A stretch of DNA of 64,000 bases from an uncultured virus (IMG/VR IMGVR_UViG_3300042894_005760) (IMGVR_UViG_3300042894_005760); one strand, 5' to 3'. Numbered from the stretch's first letter, positions 29,615-41,225 are shown. Program-made: numbers and translations. The notes: generated by a model from the sequence alone, not told the origin.

Positions 29615-31228
29615 ATGAAACTTAGATATGATAAAGATAAAGAAGAGTTAGTAGTCACAGAAGCAAGTAGAGTTGAATATCATCAGTTATCACTGTGGTT
29701 AACTCGTCATGTCAAAGGTTGGAGATACCAACCCGCGGTGAAAATGGGAGTATGGGATGGTAAAAAATCTTACTTTAGAGATGGTAAAATAAACTTAGGT
29801 TTGTGGAAAGAAGCTATGCGAGGTTGTAAAGAAATTGATGCTCCTTTTATAGTTGAAAATAAAGAAGATTTTCCAATCAACAGAGATGTTACTTTAGAAA
29901 AAGTTCAAGACTTCTGTAAAGACTTCTTCAAAACTCATAAAATGAAGAAAGATGGTGAAATAGTTCCTTTTATGCCATACGACCATCAAATTGAAGCTGC
30001 TTATAAAATTTTAAAGAATAGATTTTGTATGGCTGAGGTTGCAACTTCAGGTGGTAAATCCTTAATTATATCAATAGTTATGTTTTACACTTTAAAACAT
30101 ACTGATCCTGATGCAAAATTTCTAATAATCGTTCCCTCAATTACTTTAGTTACTCAGTTTTATGATAATATTATAGAGTATAACTATGGCTTGAATAACC
30201 TTCTTGAAATGAGAGAAAGTAAAATTGAAAAATTTGAAGATCTAAATAACGGACACATACCTTGTACTGTTAGAGTAGAAGAAGTAATGTCTGATAGACC
30301 AAGAAAGTTTTCTGGTACAGAAAATCCTAATGTTTATATTGGCACTTATCAATCTTTAGAGAAGTGGCCTAAAAAATTCTTTCAACAATTTCATACAATT
30401 GCGACCGATGAAGCTCACGGTGCCAAAGCAAAAACAATTTCATCTATTTTAGAAAGTACATTTACACATGCTTATTGTCGATTTGGAGTATCCGGTACTT
30501 TTCCGACAGATGATACTTGTGAAATACTTAATATACAGGCAGTGCTAGGACCTAAAATAACAGAGGTTTCCGCAGATGAATTAAAGAAGAAGGGTATTAT
30601 TACTCCAATGGAAATAAAAGCAGTTATAATGAACCATAATGATTTAGAATTTCATGAAAGATTGAAATTGATAAGAAAGAGTGGTGATGGTAAAGCAGCA
30701 TTCGATTTAGAGAAAGCTTATGCTCATCAATCTGAAAAAAGATTAGTTTTTATTAGAAAGATTGTTGAAAAGTGTACTAATAATACTTTATTATTATTTC
30801 ATACTATTGAAAATGGCCAAAGAATATTTCAGAAATTAAAAGATGAGTTACCCGATAAAGAATTCTATTATATTGATGGTGAGATAAGTGGTAAGAAAAG
30901 AGAAGAGATTAAAAAATTGATGGAAGTAACTTCTGATAAGGTTAAAGTACTTGTAGCTTCTTTTGGAACACTTTCTACTGGTGTAAGTATAAATGCTATT
31001 TTCAATGTTATATTTACAGACTCATTCAAATCAGAGCAGATTATTATCCAAAGTATTGGCCGTGGACTTCGTTTGCACACTGATAAGGATAAAGTAAATA
31101 TCTTTGATTTAGTTGATATATTTAATCCTACTGATATGTCTAATATACTTTATAGACATTTTAAAGAAAGAGAGGGGTTTTATAATAAAAGAAAATACCC
31201 ATATAAGATAATAAAAATTAATTTGTAA
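29615..31228 (+). CDS. uvsW: UvsW-like superfamily 2 DNA helicase
   Basis: WDGK, PYDHQ, ATSGGKS, IIVP, DEAH, GVSGT, STGVSI and QSIGRGLR. Confidence 0.92.
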   Translation: MKLRYDKDKEELVVTEASRVEYHQLSLWLTRHVKGWRYQPAVKMGVWDGKKSYFRDGKINLGLWKEAMRGCKEIDAPFIVENKEDFPINRDVTLEKVQDFCKDFFKTHKMKKDGEIVPFMPYDHQIEAAYKILKNRFCMAEVATSGGKSLIISIVMFYTLKHTDPDAKFLIIVPSITLVTQFYDNIIEYNYGLNNLLEMRESKIEKFEDLNNGHIPCTVRVEEVMSDRPRKFSGTENPNVYIGTYQSLEKWPKKFFQQFHTIATDEAHGAKAKTISSILESTFTHAYCRFGVSGTFPTDDTCEILNIQAVLGPKITEVSADELKKKGIITPMEIKAVIMNHNDLEFHERLKLIRKSGDGKAAFDLEKAYAHQSEKRLVFIRKIVEKCTNNTLLLFHTIENGQRIFQKLKDELPDKEFYYIDGEISGKKREEIKKLMEVTSDKVKVLVASFGTLSTGVSINAIFNVIFTDSFKSEQIIIQSIGRGLRLHTDKDKVNIFDLVDIFNPTDMSNILYRHFKEREGFYNKRKYPYKIIKINL

Positions 31229-31271
31229 CGACACTATCTTTATATATAATAGATAAAATTTATTATATTTA

Positions 31272-34200
31272 ATGTCAAAAATACAAATTTTTATTGATAA
31301 TTTTGAGACTCTCACTTTAGCAAAACTTAACTTTTATACTGGTAAAGTAGCTGAATATAAAACTGCAAGAGCGTCTGCTATTGCAATAACCTATGGTAAA
31401 ATTTGTGATTGGCCTTATAAGAAAGAACCAGATAGTGATGGTGTTTATCGTAGAGATCCCGCTATAAGTACAGTTGGAGATCTATTTAAGTATATCTATC
31501 ATAATCCAGAAGGTGGTGAAAGATGGTTTCCTGATGGAAATAATCCTACTAGCCTCGGTGATGTTATTGCAGAGCTTAGGGATCAAGATACTGGTGCAAA
31601 ACCACTGGAAGAAATTCTTAAAAAAACATATGGTGCTTCAAATCAAGTAAAATTTATTAATAATCTTAGAAAATATGGTGCTCAAAAATGGTTTGATGCA
31701 TTCATGTCATCTGCACTTAAATTTTTAAAAGATGAAAAAACATCAACATTAGATTATAAAAATTCTGATGAATTTTCTGATGATTATAGTCAACTTATTT
31801 CAGAATTCAAATATAATTATGGTGATATTGCAGATGTTTCAACAAGTTGGATTACTACACTTCCAATTCTTTATGAGGCTTTTATAGAAGCTGGTGATAA
31901 CTATAAGCTACCTCCACCAGTATCGGCTACACAATCAGGAACACAATCAGGAACACAATCAGGAACACAATCAGGAACGCAATCTGTGACACCTGTTGCA
32001 CCACAAGCTGCGACACAATCAGCTCTTGAGATAGGTGACTATAAAATCACCGTAAAAGATCCTAAAAGTGATAATGATAGAAAAATCGAAGGTTCAATTT
32101 CATTCAAAACTTTAGGTCCACAAGTTAGTGCCAAGTCTAGATTGATTGGCTTACCACACCCATTTACTAACCCAAGAACTGGCACAGAAGTAACTTCTTT
32201 TTTTTCACCAGAAGGTGCCGAAGTTGGGGTCAATGCTTCCGGGTTGACCTATACAACTGCAAATTTAAGTATATCATCTTATCCAGATACTTATGAAACA
32301 GTATTGGCAGACCAGTCAATTGCAAGTCTACAAAGTATGATAGATTATTACTACGGAGTAGAAATAAAGTTACAATATACAAAAAATCCTGATGCTCCTA
32401 CTCCTGTTTCAGGACCTGAATCTGGTACTCAATCTGGTACTCAATCTGGTACTCAATCCTCGTCACCTCTAAGTTCAACTCAATCAGGTTTCACTCAAAG
32501 TACTTTTGATGCTACTGGTATAAAGATTAAGCTACAAAAGAAAAGTGGTCCTGGTGAACTAATAGGTGAGGTAGAACAAACAGTTAAAGATGGTATTGTA
32601 AATTTTGCAGGTATTCAATTTGATGCACCTGGAGATTACGTTATTTTGGTAATACCAGATTCAAATCTTATAGAAACATCTGAGGTAACAATAAAAGTTT
32701 TACCAGAAGATGATGTTATTGCTCAAGATAAGTCAAGAGGTGGTGAACAAGAATCAAAAGATGTACAAGGAACCCGACCAATAATTGCACAAATAGATAA
32801 ACCAACAATTAAACTAAAACCGATTGAATTTGATGCTTTGCAAAATAATAGAGATAATGTAGAAGTAGCAGGTGCTCTTGGATTTACTCCATTTTTCTGG
32901 TATTCTGGTGTTCAGATAGATCAACGATATATAAACTCACTGAATTTATATTATGAAGATCTAGTACCTATGGTATCTATTGTTTTTATTGACTCAATGG
33001 GAGTTATGAAAAAAGATGGATTTCCACTTGATGATAGTAAATTTGAAATATTTTTAAATTCTGGTTCAAAGAATATAAAATCAATACATCTAAAGTTTAA
33101 ATTAAAGAATTTCCAAGAAAATAAAAGTAAAACTTATACAATAGTTGGTACACTAGACCTTCAAGATTTTTATAAAATAAGATTTCAGAGTTATAAAGGA
33201 ACTTCATTTGAGACATTACAAAAAATGTGTAAGGAGTTGGGAATAGGATTTAATTCTAATATTACAAATACTTCTGATAGTATGACCTGGGTAAATAATG
33301 GTAAATTATTTAGAACATTTATTAACGATATTATTTCACACTCATATATTTCGGATAAAACATTTTTAATTGGCTACATTGACTTCTATTATTGTTTTAA
33401 TTATGTAGATATTGAAAAAGAATGGATTAGAGATATATCTAAAGATGTTGGTATAGATTCAAGAGGTTTAAATCACTTAAATAAAAAAGAAGAAAGTGAA
33501 AAGGTTTCTCAATTACAACTAAGTAACGATTTAAGTCAAAATAGTAGTGTATTCTTTTTCAATAAGTATAGAGTAAATAATAATTCAACACAAACTTCTC
33601 TTAATAGTGGTCAATTTACCGTATCGAAAGTTTATGATAGTATAAAAAAACAATTTTTAGTATTTGATGTTGACTCACAGACATCAGATGGATCAAAAAG
33701 TATTATATTAAAAGGTGCTCCATCTGATGATCAAAAAGATAACTATCGTACAAGATACTCTGGTAAAATGGATACCGATAATGTACACAAACAATACTAC
33801 TATTCAGAAACACAAAATAAAGTAAATTTTGATAATATGGCTAGAATTTCTGTTGATTTAGAACTTCCTAATGCAAATTTCAATTTATATAAATTTATGA
33901 AGATACAGTTAAACTTTATAAATATAAAAACTTCTGTTAATAATGATGAAATTTCTCAGAAACGTTTAACAGGTGAGTGGGTTATTATTGATATATCATA
34001 TACTTGGACACAAGGTAATCTAACTCAAAAAGTTACTGCGGTTAGAAAAGAACTTAGTAAGACAGATGAAGAATTGAAAAAGGATGCAAACTCTACACCT
34101 GCTAAAGCAGAAACAAATACACAGAATAATGAAAACCCAGTAGTACCGGGTCAAACACAACCTATATTATCAACTGCAGTACCACCAAATAGTGTTTATA

Positions 34201-34313
34201 AAGTTGGTCAAATATTCCTTGTTCAGAATAATTCTGGTAAAGTGTTTAAATTGACAATTACTGAAGTTTCTGAAAACGGTAAAGAAGTAAAAGCAACTAT
34301 AAAAAATATTTAA
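31272..34313 (+). CDS. Putative baseplate hub/tail protein
   Basis: 1013 aa, first gene of the tail block. C-terminal half is hub-like (LTGEWVIIDI); TQSG repeats. Confidence 0.6.
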   Translation: MSKIQIFIDNFETLTLAKLNFYTGKVAEYKTARASAIAITYGKICDWPYKKEPDSDGVYRRDPAISTVGDLFKYIYHNPEGGERWFPDGNNPTSLGDVIAELRDQDTGAKPLEEILKKTYGASNQVKFINNLRKYGAQKWFDAFMSSALKFLKDEKTSTLDYKNSDEFSDDYSQLISEFKYNYGDIADVSTSWITTLPILYEAFIEAGDNYKLPPPVSATQSGTQSGTQSGTQSGTQSVTPVAPQAATQSALEIGDYKITVKDPKSDNDRKIEGSISFKTLGPQVSAKSRLIGLPHPFTNPRTGTEVTSFFSPEGAEVGVNASGLTYTTANLSISSYPDTYETVLADQSIASLQSMIDYYYGVEIKLQYTKNPDAPTPVSGPESGTQSGTQSGTQSSSPLSSTQSGFTQSTFDATGIKIKLQKKSGPGELIGEVEQTVKDGIVNFAGIQFDAPGDYVILVIPDSNLIETSEVTIKVLPEDDVIAQDKSRGGEQESKDVQGTRPIIAQIDKPTIKLKPIEFDALQNNRDNVEVAGALGFTPFFWYSGVQIDQRYINSLNLYYEDLVPMVSIVFIDSMGVMKKDGFPLDDSKFEIFLNSGSKNIKSIHLKFKLKNFQENKSKTYTIVGTLDLQDFYKIRFQSYKGTSFETLQKMCKELGIGFNSNITNTSDSMTWVNNGKLFRTFINDIISHSYISDKTFLIGYIDFYYCFNYVDIEKEWIRDISKDVGIDSRGLNHLNKKEESEKVSQLQLSNDLSQNSSVFFFNKYRVNNNSTQTSLNSGQFTVSKVYDSIKKQFLVFDVDSQTSDGSKSIILKGAPSDDQKDNYRTRYSGKMDTDNVHKQYYYSETQNKVNFDNMARISVDLELPNANFNLYKFMKIQLNFINIKTSVNNDEISQKRLTGEWVIIDISYTWTQGNLTQKVTAVRKELSKTDEELKKDANSTPAKAETNTQNNENPVVPGQTQPILSTAVPPNSVYKVGQIFLVQNNSGKVFKLTITEVSENGKEVKATIKNI
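31929..31976 (+). repeat. Tandem 12-mer x4 (TQSG)
   Basis: ACACAATCAGGA x4. Confidence 0.95.
32421..32456 (+). repeat. Tandem 12-mer x3 (SGTQ)
   Basis: TCTGGTACTCAA x3. Confidence 0.95.
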
Positions 34314-34319
34314 TGAATA

Positions 34320-36344
34320 ATGTCAAAGATACAAGAATTTATTGATGCATGGAATACTGAAGTCGATGTAAAGATAGCCACAGCACAAAGTGATGTAGAT
34401 GCTTACTTAGCTGCTAGACAAACTGCTATTGCACTTACAGATCCTTTTATATTGAAAATGCCTAAAATGAAAGTTTTTGGCATTTCCGAGGACTTCACAA
34501 TAGATGGATTTGATGTAACAACATTGGGTCAATTATTTGACTGGTCTTATCCTGCAAGTGGACCTAAAAACTATAGTGTTAAATATATTAATTATAAGGA
34601 AAATCCTGAGATTGTAGAAGAATATGTCGATAGAAAACTTGATGTAAATGATAATCTAATAACTCCAACTTCTTTATATACCGAAGGATATACTTATGCA
34701 ACTATGTCATACTTAGCAGAACAATATGAGACTGGTCTTGGAACACGCCAGGATTTATACAATATATTAAAAATTAAAAGTTCTGGCTTTCTCAATTTAG
34801 AATCATACAAAAAACTAAAAAACTTAGGAGGTAAAGCTTGGTTTGACGTACTCATGCGTTCACTATATTATACTATATTTAATACTAAAATATCTGTATC
34901 AAACCTAAAATATAAAGATTATTCCAGTATAATCAATTCAGAAAATTTTGACGAATCTTTTAAAGAATTTTTACCAAATTATTATAATAGTGGTTTTGGT
35001 TTTCCTCTAGGTACTGGTGAACAATCTAAATATTTTCAAGCAGTTTTGGAAGCAGGTGACGGTTTTTTCCCATCTCAAACTTCTGGAACACAGTCTGGAA
35101 CACAATCTGGTGTAAACACTGATTATACACTGAGTGTAATAAATCCATTAAGTGATATTGAAAAGAAGATTCAAGGTAAAATAGTTTTTATTGAAGCAGG
35201 TAATTATATAATTCCTAATAGTACATTAAATGGATTACCGAATCCATGGACAAATCCTAAGACTAACGTAGTAGTACCAAATAATACTGGGACTATTACA
35301 TTTAATGGTGGTAAAAGTACTTCATCTAAAAATAATCTTGCAACTGATGCAATTATTGCTTTACAAAATATAATAGAAGGTACTTATGGTTTGACAATTT
35401 ATCTTAAATATACAGAACCAGATGGACCTCCAGTAGTACCACCAGGTGATATCACGACAGGTTCTTCCGCGAGTAATATAGAAGGCTCTTCCGCGAGTAC
35501 TATAACAGGTGCCTCTGAAAGTTCAATACCTGGTGCAACAGTAAGTACAATAGGTACACAAGAGTTTACTTTTAATGTAGAACAATTAGATATATTTTCA
35601 AATGCTGACTTTGGTAATTTATTTATTATTGGTCAAGAAGATGAGACTTTACTATATGATGATGGAACAGACACTTACGGTAGCGAGTATGTTGAAGATG
35701 AATTTGCAGGTCAAGATGAATTTGCAGTAGAGGGATTCACACAAGAAGAACTTCAGGCATTACCTAGATCAACTGATCTCCCACCAGATAGTAAAGATGA
35801 TACAAAAGAACCTTCTAATCCAGTAACCCCTATTAAAGTAAATATACCTGGTGATAGTTGGTATGCGATTGCAGCAAATTTTATCGCAGCCGAGGAAGGA
35901 TTCCTTAGTAAAGCTAAGTGGGATATAGATCATTATAGAGGAGGTTTTGGTACTTCACAGAAATTAGTGGGATCTAATCTTGTAGAAGTTACTGCCTCTA
36001 CAACATTTACAAAACAAGAAGCTACTGATACCTTAGCTTATCAGATAAAAAATCAATATGAGAAAATTATGATAAGTGCATTCGGTGCAGGTCCTTGGTC
36101 TAAGTTAAATAAAAATCAAAAGGCGGCAGTATTAAGTTTGGCATATAATTGTGGTGCTTATATTTATACTGCAAAAGCAGTAAAAACTAGATCTTATGCA
36201 AAAACCGTTAAACAAGGTGTTTTAGATAATAATGCTTCTCTAATATCGAAGGGTATTGCAAGTGGTCCGACAACTGGTGGTGGTAAAGTATATGCTGCTT
36301 TGGTAAGAAGAAGAGCAAAGGAATCTGGACTAGCACTTGCATAA
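34320..36344 (+). CDS. Tail-associated protein with C-terminal GH24-type lysozyme
   Basis: FIAAEEGF....WD......GFG, LNKNQKAAVLSLAYNCG and LVRRRAKE. Confidence 0.8.
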   Translation: MSKIQEFIDAWNTEVDVKIATAQSDVDAYLAARQTAIALTDPFILKMPKMKVFGISEDFTIDGFDVTTLGQLFDWSYPASGPKNYSVKYINYKENPEIVEEYVDRKLDVNDNLITPTSLYTEGYTYATMSYLAEQYETGLGTRQDLYNILKIKSSGFLNLESYKKLKNLGGKAWFDVLMRSLYYTIFNTKISVSNLKYKDYSSIINSENFDESFKEFLPNYYNSGFGFPLGTGEQSKYFQAVLEAGDGFFPSQTSGTQSGTQSGVNTDYTLSVINPLSDIEKKIQGKIVFIEAGNYIIPNSTLNGLPNPWTNPKTNVVVPNNTGTITFNGGKSTSSKNNLATDAIIALQNIIEGTYGLTIYLKYTEPDGPPVVPPGDITTGSSASNIEGSSASTITGASESSIPGATVSTIGTQEFTFNVEQLDIFSNADFGNLFIIGQEDETLLYDDGTDTYGSEYVEDEFAGQDEFAVEGFTQEELQALPRSTDLPPDSKDDTKEPSNPVTPIKVNIPGDSWYAIAANFIAAEEGFLSKAKWDIDHYRGGFGTSQKLVGSNLVEVTASTTFTKQEATDTLAYQIKNQYEKIMISAFGAGPWSKLNKNQKAAVLSLAYNCGAYIYTAKAVKTRSYAKTVKQGVLDNNASLISKGIASGPTTGGGKVYAALVRRRAKESGLALA

Positions 36345-36398
36345 ATTATACATAGAAAAGTAAAATATTTATATATACTACAAATATAATTTAACTTA

Positions 36399-38642
36399 AT
36401 GGATCTAAGTAAACTTTCTACTTCTACAACTGCAGAATCAATTGTTGGTACTCCTCCTAAATACTCGTATAAAGCAGGAACTTATACTATTTTTAATAGA
36501 GAAACTGGACAAATTGAAACAGTTGATATTAATAAAATTGGAGGTGATTTAAGATCAAATATTGATAATATTATTAAAAGAGGAACCCCTTGGCCACAAG
36601 CAAGTATAGATAAAGGATTTTTGTCACCATATTTTATAGGACCTAGTAAAGATTTTAGATATGGTACTACACCAAAATCAACTGATCAATATACTACAAG
36701 TGGAAATGTTGATAATCAACCTTCTAGTCCTGAAAGTAATTTATACTCATCTCCTAATATGGTGAATCAAATTAAAGTTGGAGAGTATGAGTATGTTGAT
36801 TGGATGGGACAACTGATAAAACCAGGTGCAAATTCCACTATTTTAGATACTGATGAGAGATTTAGTGAGAGCAAAGATTTACCTAAAAACCCAAAAGATT
36901 TGCAGTCATCTCCTTATAGTACACGTGATTATTACTTATTATTTAATGATACAAGAACTGACTATTTTAAACATGGTTTACAAATAATTGATAATTTAAA
37001 TCCGATTGAAAATCCAGAGAATGGTAAATCAGAATTACGTTTATCACAATTTCAACAAACACCTTTTGAAAACAATGATCCTGTTATGTTTGGATTTGAG
37101 ATTATAATAGATGATTTATCTTCTCCATTATTAAATGGATCGGTACTTGATTTTTTAAAGATATATAGTGGTGTTGATGAGATAAAATCTAAAATTCCCG
37201 TTTATGAGGATTTTAAACAACAATTTGTAAAATTATTTAGAACTAAAACTACTGTAAATATAAATGATGAACAAGTATCAATTAGTAAAACTAAACCTGG
37301 TTATGCAAATACTGATAGTTCTAAAGATCTTTTTAGAGGTGGAAAAACCGCATATATGAGTTACTATCTTAAAAAAATTGGTGGATTGGGAGATCTAATA
37401 GAATCAAATACAACAGATAAGAAAAAATACCTAGTTGAGTATAGAACAGATACTATTACACTTGATTTTACAGAGGATGTTTCATTGACGATGGGTACTT
37501 TAGCACATTTATATAAATTGTTATATTGGTCTAAACCAAATGGTAAGAATCTAGTTCCCGAAAACCTACTAAGATTTAACTGTGATATTATAGTTTCTGA
37601 GTGTAGAAACTTTAATAGAGTTAGAAAAGCTATGGATAATGGTGATTTAGAAGTTATTAAAGATAACTTATCTAGATATGTTTACTCTTTAAAAGAATGT
37701 CAGTTCTTTTTTAATACGATGCCTCACAATCCTGATATTGATATGTCTTCTATTGCAACATATGAGACTTATGGTATTCAGTTTGATTATAAATATTCTA
37801 CAGTCAAGTTTGAAAAATTTATGCCATCTGCAAATTTTGGTAAATATATTGGATATGATGGTGGTGCTATTTGGAAAATTGGTAACCCGGGTGCAAGATT
37901 ACAAAGAGGTGGGACACAGTCAAGTACAACTGATACTTCTTTACCTAGATTCTTCACATCCGGTACTAATGCAATTAATAGTAATGGAGTTAAATCACCT
38001 GCAATATTAAATAGATTTGGTGTTAATTTACCGGAAAATCCTTTAGGATTTACAACTGATGAAAAGATAGATGATTTACAAGCTAAGGACGAAGAAGATA
38101 AATTTGACTTAGATAAATTTAAAAGGTATGCTAAAGATCAAACTGCGATTGGTGCAGATCTAAGTAAATTAGTTAAAGAACAAAGTAAACAATTAGAGTT
38201 ATTAAATAGTCCTAAAACATTATTAAAAACTACTGCAGAATCTGCAGTAAAGAACTTTACTGAGAAAAGTAAAACAATCGGAATACCAACATCTCTTAAA
38301 GAACTAACCAACAAAAAAGCAGATACAAATATTGGTAATTTTATTGAAAGATTAAAAGATAAAACTATTAAGAGTGCTAAACAAGAACTAGCAACATTAG
38401 TAAATGGTAGAGTTAGTTTATTATCAAGAACAATAAATAAACTTTTAATTGATTTTGTTGGTAGAAAAGGAATTAGCCCACCACAGAATATTTATACAGG
38501 TCCACAAGATCCAATGGGTATTGCATTGACAAATGTAACTGATAGATTCTTCTATGATATTAGAAATGAATTGGCAGACTTTGCAGGTGGTGCAGTTAGT
38601 AATGTACTAAATGGTGGTATTAGTAGTTTAACTAGAAGATAA
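36399..38642 (+). CDS. Putative tail/baseplate structural protein
   Basis: 747 aa within the tail block; late motif upstream. Confidence 0.6.
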   Translation: MDLSKLSTSTTAESIVGTPPKYSYKAGTYTIFNRETGQIETVDINKIGGDLRSNIDNIIKRGTPWPQASIDKGFLSPYFIGPSKDFRYGTTPKSTDQYTTSGNVDNQPSSPESNLYSSPNMVNQIKVGEYEYVDWMGQLIKPGANSTILDTDERFSESKDLPKNPKDLQSSPYSTRDYYLLFNDTRTDYFKHGLQIIDNLNPIENPENGKSELRLSQFQQTPFENNDPVMFGFEIIIDDLSSPLLNGSVLDFLKIYSGVDEIKSKIPVYEDFKQQFVKLFRTKTTVNINDEQVSISKTKPGYANTDSSKDLFRGGKTAYMSYYLKKIGGLGDLIESNTTDKKKYLVEYRTDTITLDFTEDVSLTMGTLAHLYKLLYWSKPNGKNLVPENLLRFNCDIIVSECRNFNRVRKAMDNGDLEVIKDNLSRYVYSLKECQFFFNTMPHNPDIDMSSIATYETYGIQFDYKYSTVKFEKFMPSANFGKYIGYDGGAIWKIGNPGARLQRGGTQSSTTDTSLPRFFTSGTNAINSNGVKSPAILNRFGVNLPENPLGFTTDEKIDDLQAKDEEDKFDLDKFKRYAKDQTAIGADLSKLVKEQSKQLELLNSPKTLLKTTAESAVKNFTEKSKTIGIPTSLKELTNKKADTNIGNFIERLKDKTIKSAKQELATLVNGRVSLLSRTINKLLIDFVGRKGISPPQNIYTGPQDPMGIALTNVTDRFFYDIRNELADFAGGAVSNVLNGGISSLTRR

Positions 38643-38652
38643 TTTATAAGTT

Positions 38653-40917
38653 ATGAAAGTAGAAGCAAATAAAACATATATTGGGGTTGTTGAAGATAAT
38701 AACGATCCTTTAAAAATTGGTCGTGCTAGGGTTAGAGTCCTAGATGTTTTTGATGATATTGAAGTAAGTGCAATACCCTGGGCAAGTCCGTGGAAGGATC
38801 TTAATGGTAATCAATTTAATGTACCTGAGAAAGGTAAAGTACTTTTAGTTGTATTTGATTCAGGTGATGAACACAAACCAGAGTTTATCTCGGCAGATCA
38901 CTATAATGTAAATTTAGAAAAAAAACTAACATCATTATCTGCAACTGATTATGTTTCTATGAAGTCACTTATATTTGATCATAAAACTCAAATATATGTA
39001 AATGATAAAGAAGGTTTAAAAATAGATCATAAGTTCAATAATATCAATATTACAGACAATACAATTGACCTTAATCTAAAGGACAATAATAGACACGTAA
39101 ATATTGGAGATGCAACTGCAGGACAACAAGCAATTTTAGGAAATCACTGGATGGATTGGTTTGATGAGTTTGTTGATAATTTAATGGGAAATAAAGGAGG
39201 TCCTTATTTAGGTAATTTAGGAGCACCAGTTGTTACTAATCCTGCTATGATACAAGTTTTAATGAAATATAAACAATTAAGAGATCCTGTTTTCTTATCA
39301 CATCACGTAAATATTGTAGATAATAATAAAGTTTCAACGGTTAAAAATACTAAAAGAGAAGATACTCCACAAGTTGGAGATGCTTGGAACTCTACAAAGA
39401 AAGAAAATGATCTAACTAAAAAGACTAATGAGAATTTCAAACCAGTAGATGGTCCTAAACCAGAGTATAATGATAAACACGTAGAACCACCAATAAATAC
39501 TCCTGCAACTGCACCTACAACTGCACCAGGTGCTAGTGCAAGTACTAATGGTGTTACTTCGACAACTGGTGCGAGTGTGGCAAATGGTGTAACAGGTCCT
39601 ATAAATACTAACCCACCTGCCGATCCACTATCATCAACTACATCTAATCCAAAAATAGATAGGTTGATTAGTTTCCTAAAGTCTAAAAGTTACCGAACAT
39701 TTGATCAAATAGGTGTATTAAATATTGTCGCATTCCAATCATCTAAAAAGGATGATGGTAGTATTTCAAATAAATTTGATGATACATTAAATGTATTTTA
39801 TAAAAATCAAAATGGTAATTGGGAGTTATTAGAATATCAAATAACAACAGTACCGGGTTATTTTCCAAAAACTGAGTTGTTGCCAGAGGGCACAGGTTTA
39901 TTAGCATTCGGACAATATAATGATCAATGTAAACTAGATACTTATATATCAGATCCTAGTGCAACTCCTCCCAAAAATGAAAAATGTTTAAAAATTTCAG
40001 AGGTTATATTACATATGAATGACTCTACAAAAATTTATAATTACAAGTCAGAACAAGTGAATTTAAAACAATCAGTTGTTTTATTACACAAATCAAGTGA
40101 TATGGGATCTGCTGAAAATGTATTTAATTATTCAACAGGTGCTCAAGTATTTAAAACAGTATCACAGTGGGATCAATTTATAACATTATGTGAAAGTCAA
40201 GTTACTATTGCTAAAAAAGAAACATTTACTTATACTCTTTGTAAACAAAGTGAGTTTGATAATTTCGTTCCTACTACACCTGATACACCAACAACTCCAA
40301 AAGTTGCTGCAACAAATGCCACAAATGCAACAACTGCTGCAACTGCTAATACAACTGCTAATACAACTGGTACAAATACTGCAACTGCTAATACAACTGG
40401 TAATACAACTGCAACTGGTAATACAACTGGTAATACAACTGCAACTGCTACAACTGGTAATACAACTGCTACAACTGGTAATGCAACTGCTACAAATACT
40501 GCAGCCACTCCACCAAAGCCACCAACTAAACCAGCTATAACCGCAGAACAAAAGTCATTTGATGATTATCAACGAATTGTTAAAATAATTGAGAATATCT
40601 ACAGGTTAGGTGATAATAATTTTACTGCAAATGGAAAACCATTATTTAAGGATTTCAAAGGATTTACTGATGATACTTCTGGTGCATTTTCTAGATTATA
40701 TGAATTATTAGGATTAAAAACAATGAACATAAAACAACGTTGGTATAATAAACTTCCAATAAGTGGTTTAACTACGGCACATCAACAACTATTTAAAAAC
40801 CAATTGAATGGGCTTAAATCTGCCACTCTAAGTAAAACTAATTCATTTAATTTTAACTTACCTACTTTAAAAGTTGGTGAGGGAGTAAAAAATATTACAA
40901 TAAAAACAGATTTTTAG
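38653..40917 (+). CDS. gp5/VgrG-like baseplate spike protein
   Basis: OB-fold GVVEDNNDPLKIGRARVRV, IPWASP and VPEKG.V.V.F. Confidence 0.85.
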   Translation: MKVEANKTYIGVVEDNNDPLKIGRARVRVLDVFDDIEVSAIPWASPWKDLNGNQFNVPEKGKVLLVVFDSGDEHKPEFISADHYNVNLEKKLTSLSATDYVSMKSLIFDHKTQIYVNDKEGLKIDHKFNNINITDNTIDLNLKDNNRHVNIGDATAGQQAILGNHWMDWFDEFVDNLMGNKGGPYLGNLGAPVVTNPAMIQVLMKYKQLRDPVFLSHHVNIVDNNKVSTVKNTKREDTPQVGDAWNSTKKENDLTKKTNENFKPVDGPKPEYNDKHVEPPINTPATAPTTAPGASASTNGVTSTTGASVANGVTGPINTNPPADPLSSTTSNPKIDRLISFLKSKSYRTFDQIGVLNIVAFQSSKKDDGSISNKFDDTLNVFYKNQNGNWELLEYQITTVPGYFPKTELLPEGTGLLAFGQYNDQCKLDTYISDPSATPPKNEKCLKISEVILHMNDSTKIYNYKSEQVNLKQSVVLLHKSSDMGSAENVFNYSTGAQVFKTVSQWDQFITLCESQVTIAKKETFTYTLCKQSEFDNFVPTTPDTPTTPKVAATNATNATTAATANTTANTTGTNTATANTTGNTTATGNTTGNTTATATTGNTTATTGNATATNTAATPPKPPTKPAITAEQKSFDDYQRIVKIIENIYRLGDNNFTANGKPLFKDFKGFTDDTSGAFSRLYELLGLKTMNIKQRWYNKLPISGLTTAHQQLFKNQLNGLKSATLSKTNSFNFNLPTLKVGEGVKNITIKTDF
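40305..40503 (+). repeat. Degenerate AATACAACTG(C/G)T repeats encoding a Thr/Ala/Asn linker
   Basis: NTTA/NTTG/ATAT units. Confidence 0.85.
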
Positions 40918-40958
40918 TATATTATTATTTAATATATAAAAGAAAATAATTTTTTATC

Positions 40959-41225
40959 ATGATAAATCCAAAATACTTAGTTACTATTTCTTACGTACCA
41001 ATGTATAGAAATGGTTCAGTTGGAACATATGTAACACAATCGGATGGTAGTAGTTTATTAGTTAGTCAAAGAGAAGCTTATTCTGGCGGATTTTTTGCGG
41101 CTAGTATGCCAGAAGTTAAGATTTATGCAACTGGATCTTCTTATGCGAGTGCATTAAATAATCTAATGATTATTGCAACAGCATCAACAACACCTGATAA
41201 TGGTATGCCACCTATTGGACAATAA
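40959..41225 (+). CDS. Small hypothetical late protein
   Basis: 88 aa; late motif at 40928; terminator follows. Confidence 0.7.
   Translation: MINPKYLVTISYVPMYRNGSVGTYVTQSDGSSLLVSQREAYSGGFFAASMPEVKIYATGSSYASALNNLMIIATASTTPDNGMPPIGQ

Noticed and set aside
40186..40551. Cys/Ser-rich, Gln/Leu-rich and Val/Ala-rich ORFs
   Set aside because: Alternative frames of the Thr/Ala repeat in the gp5-like gene
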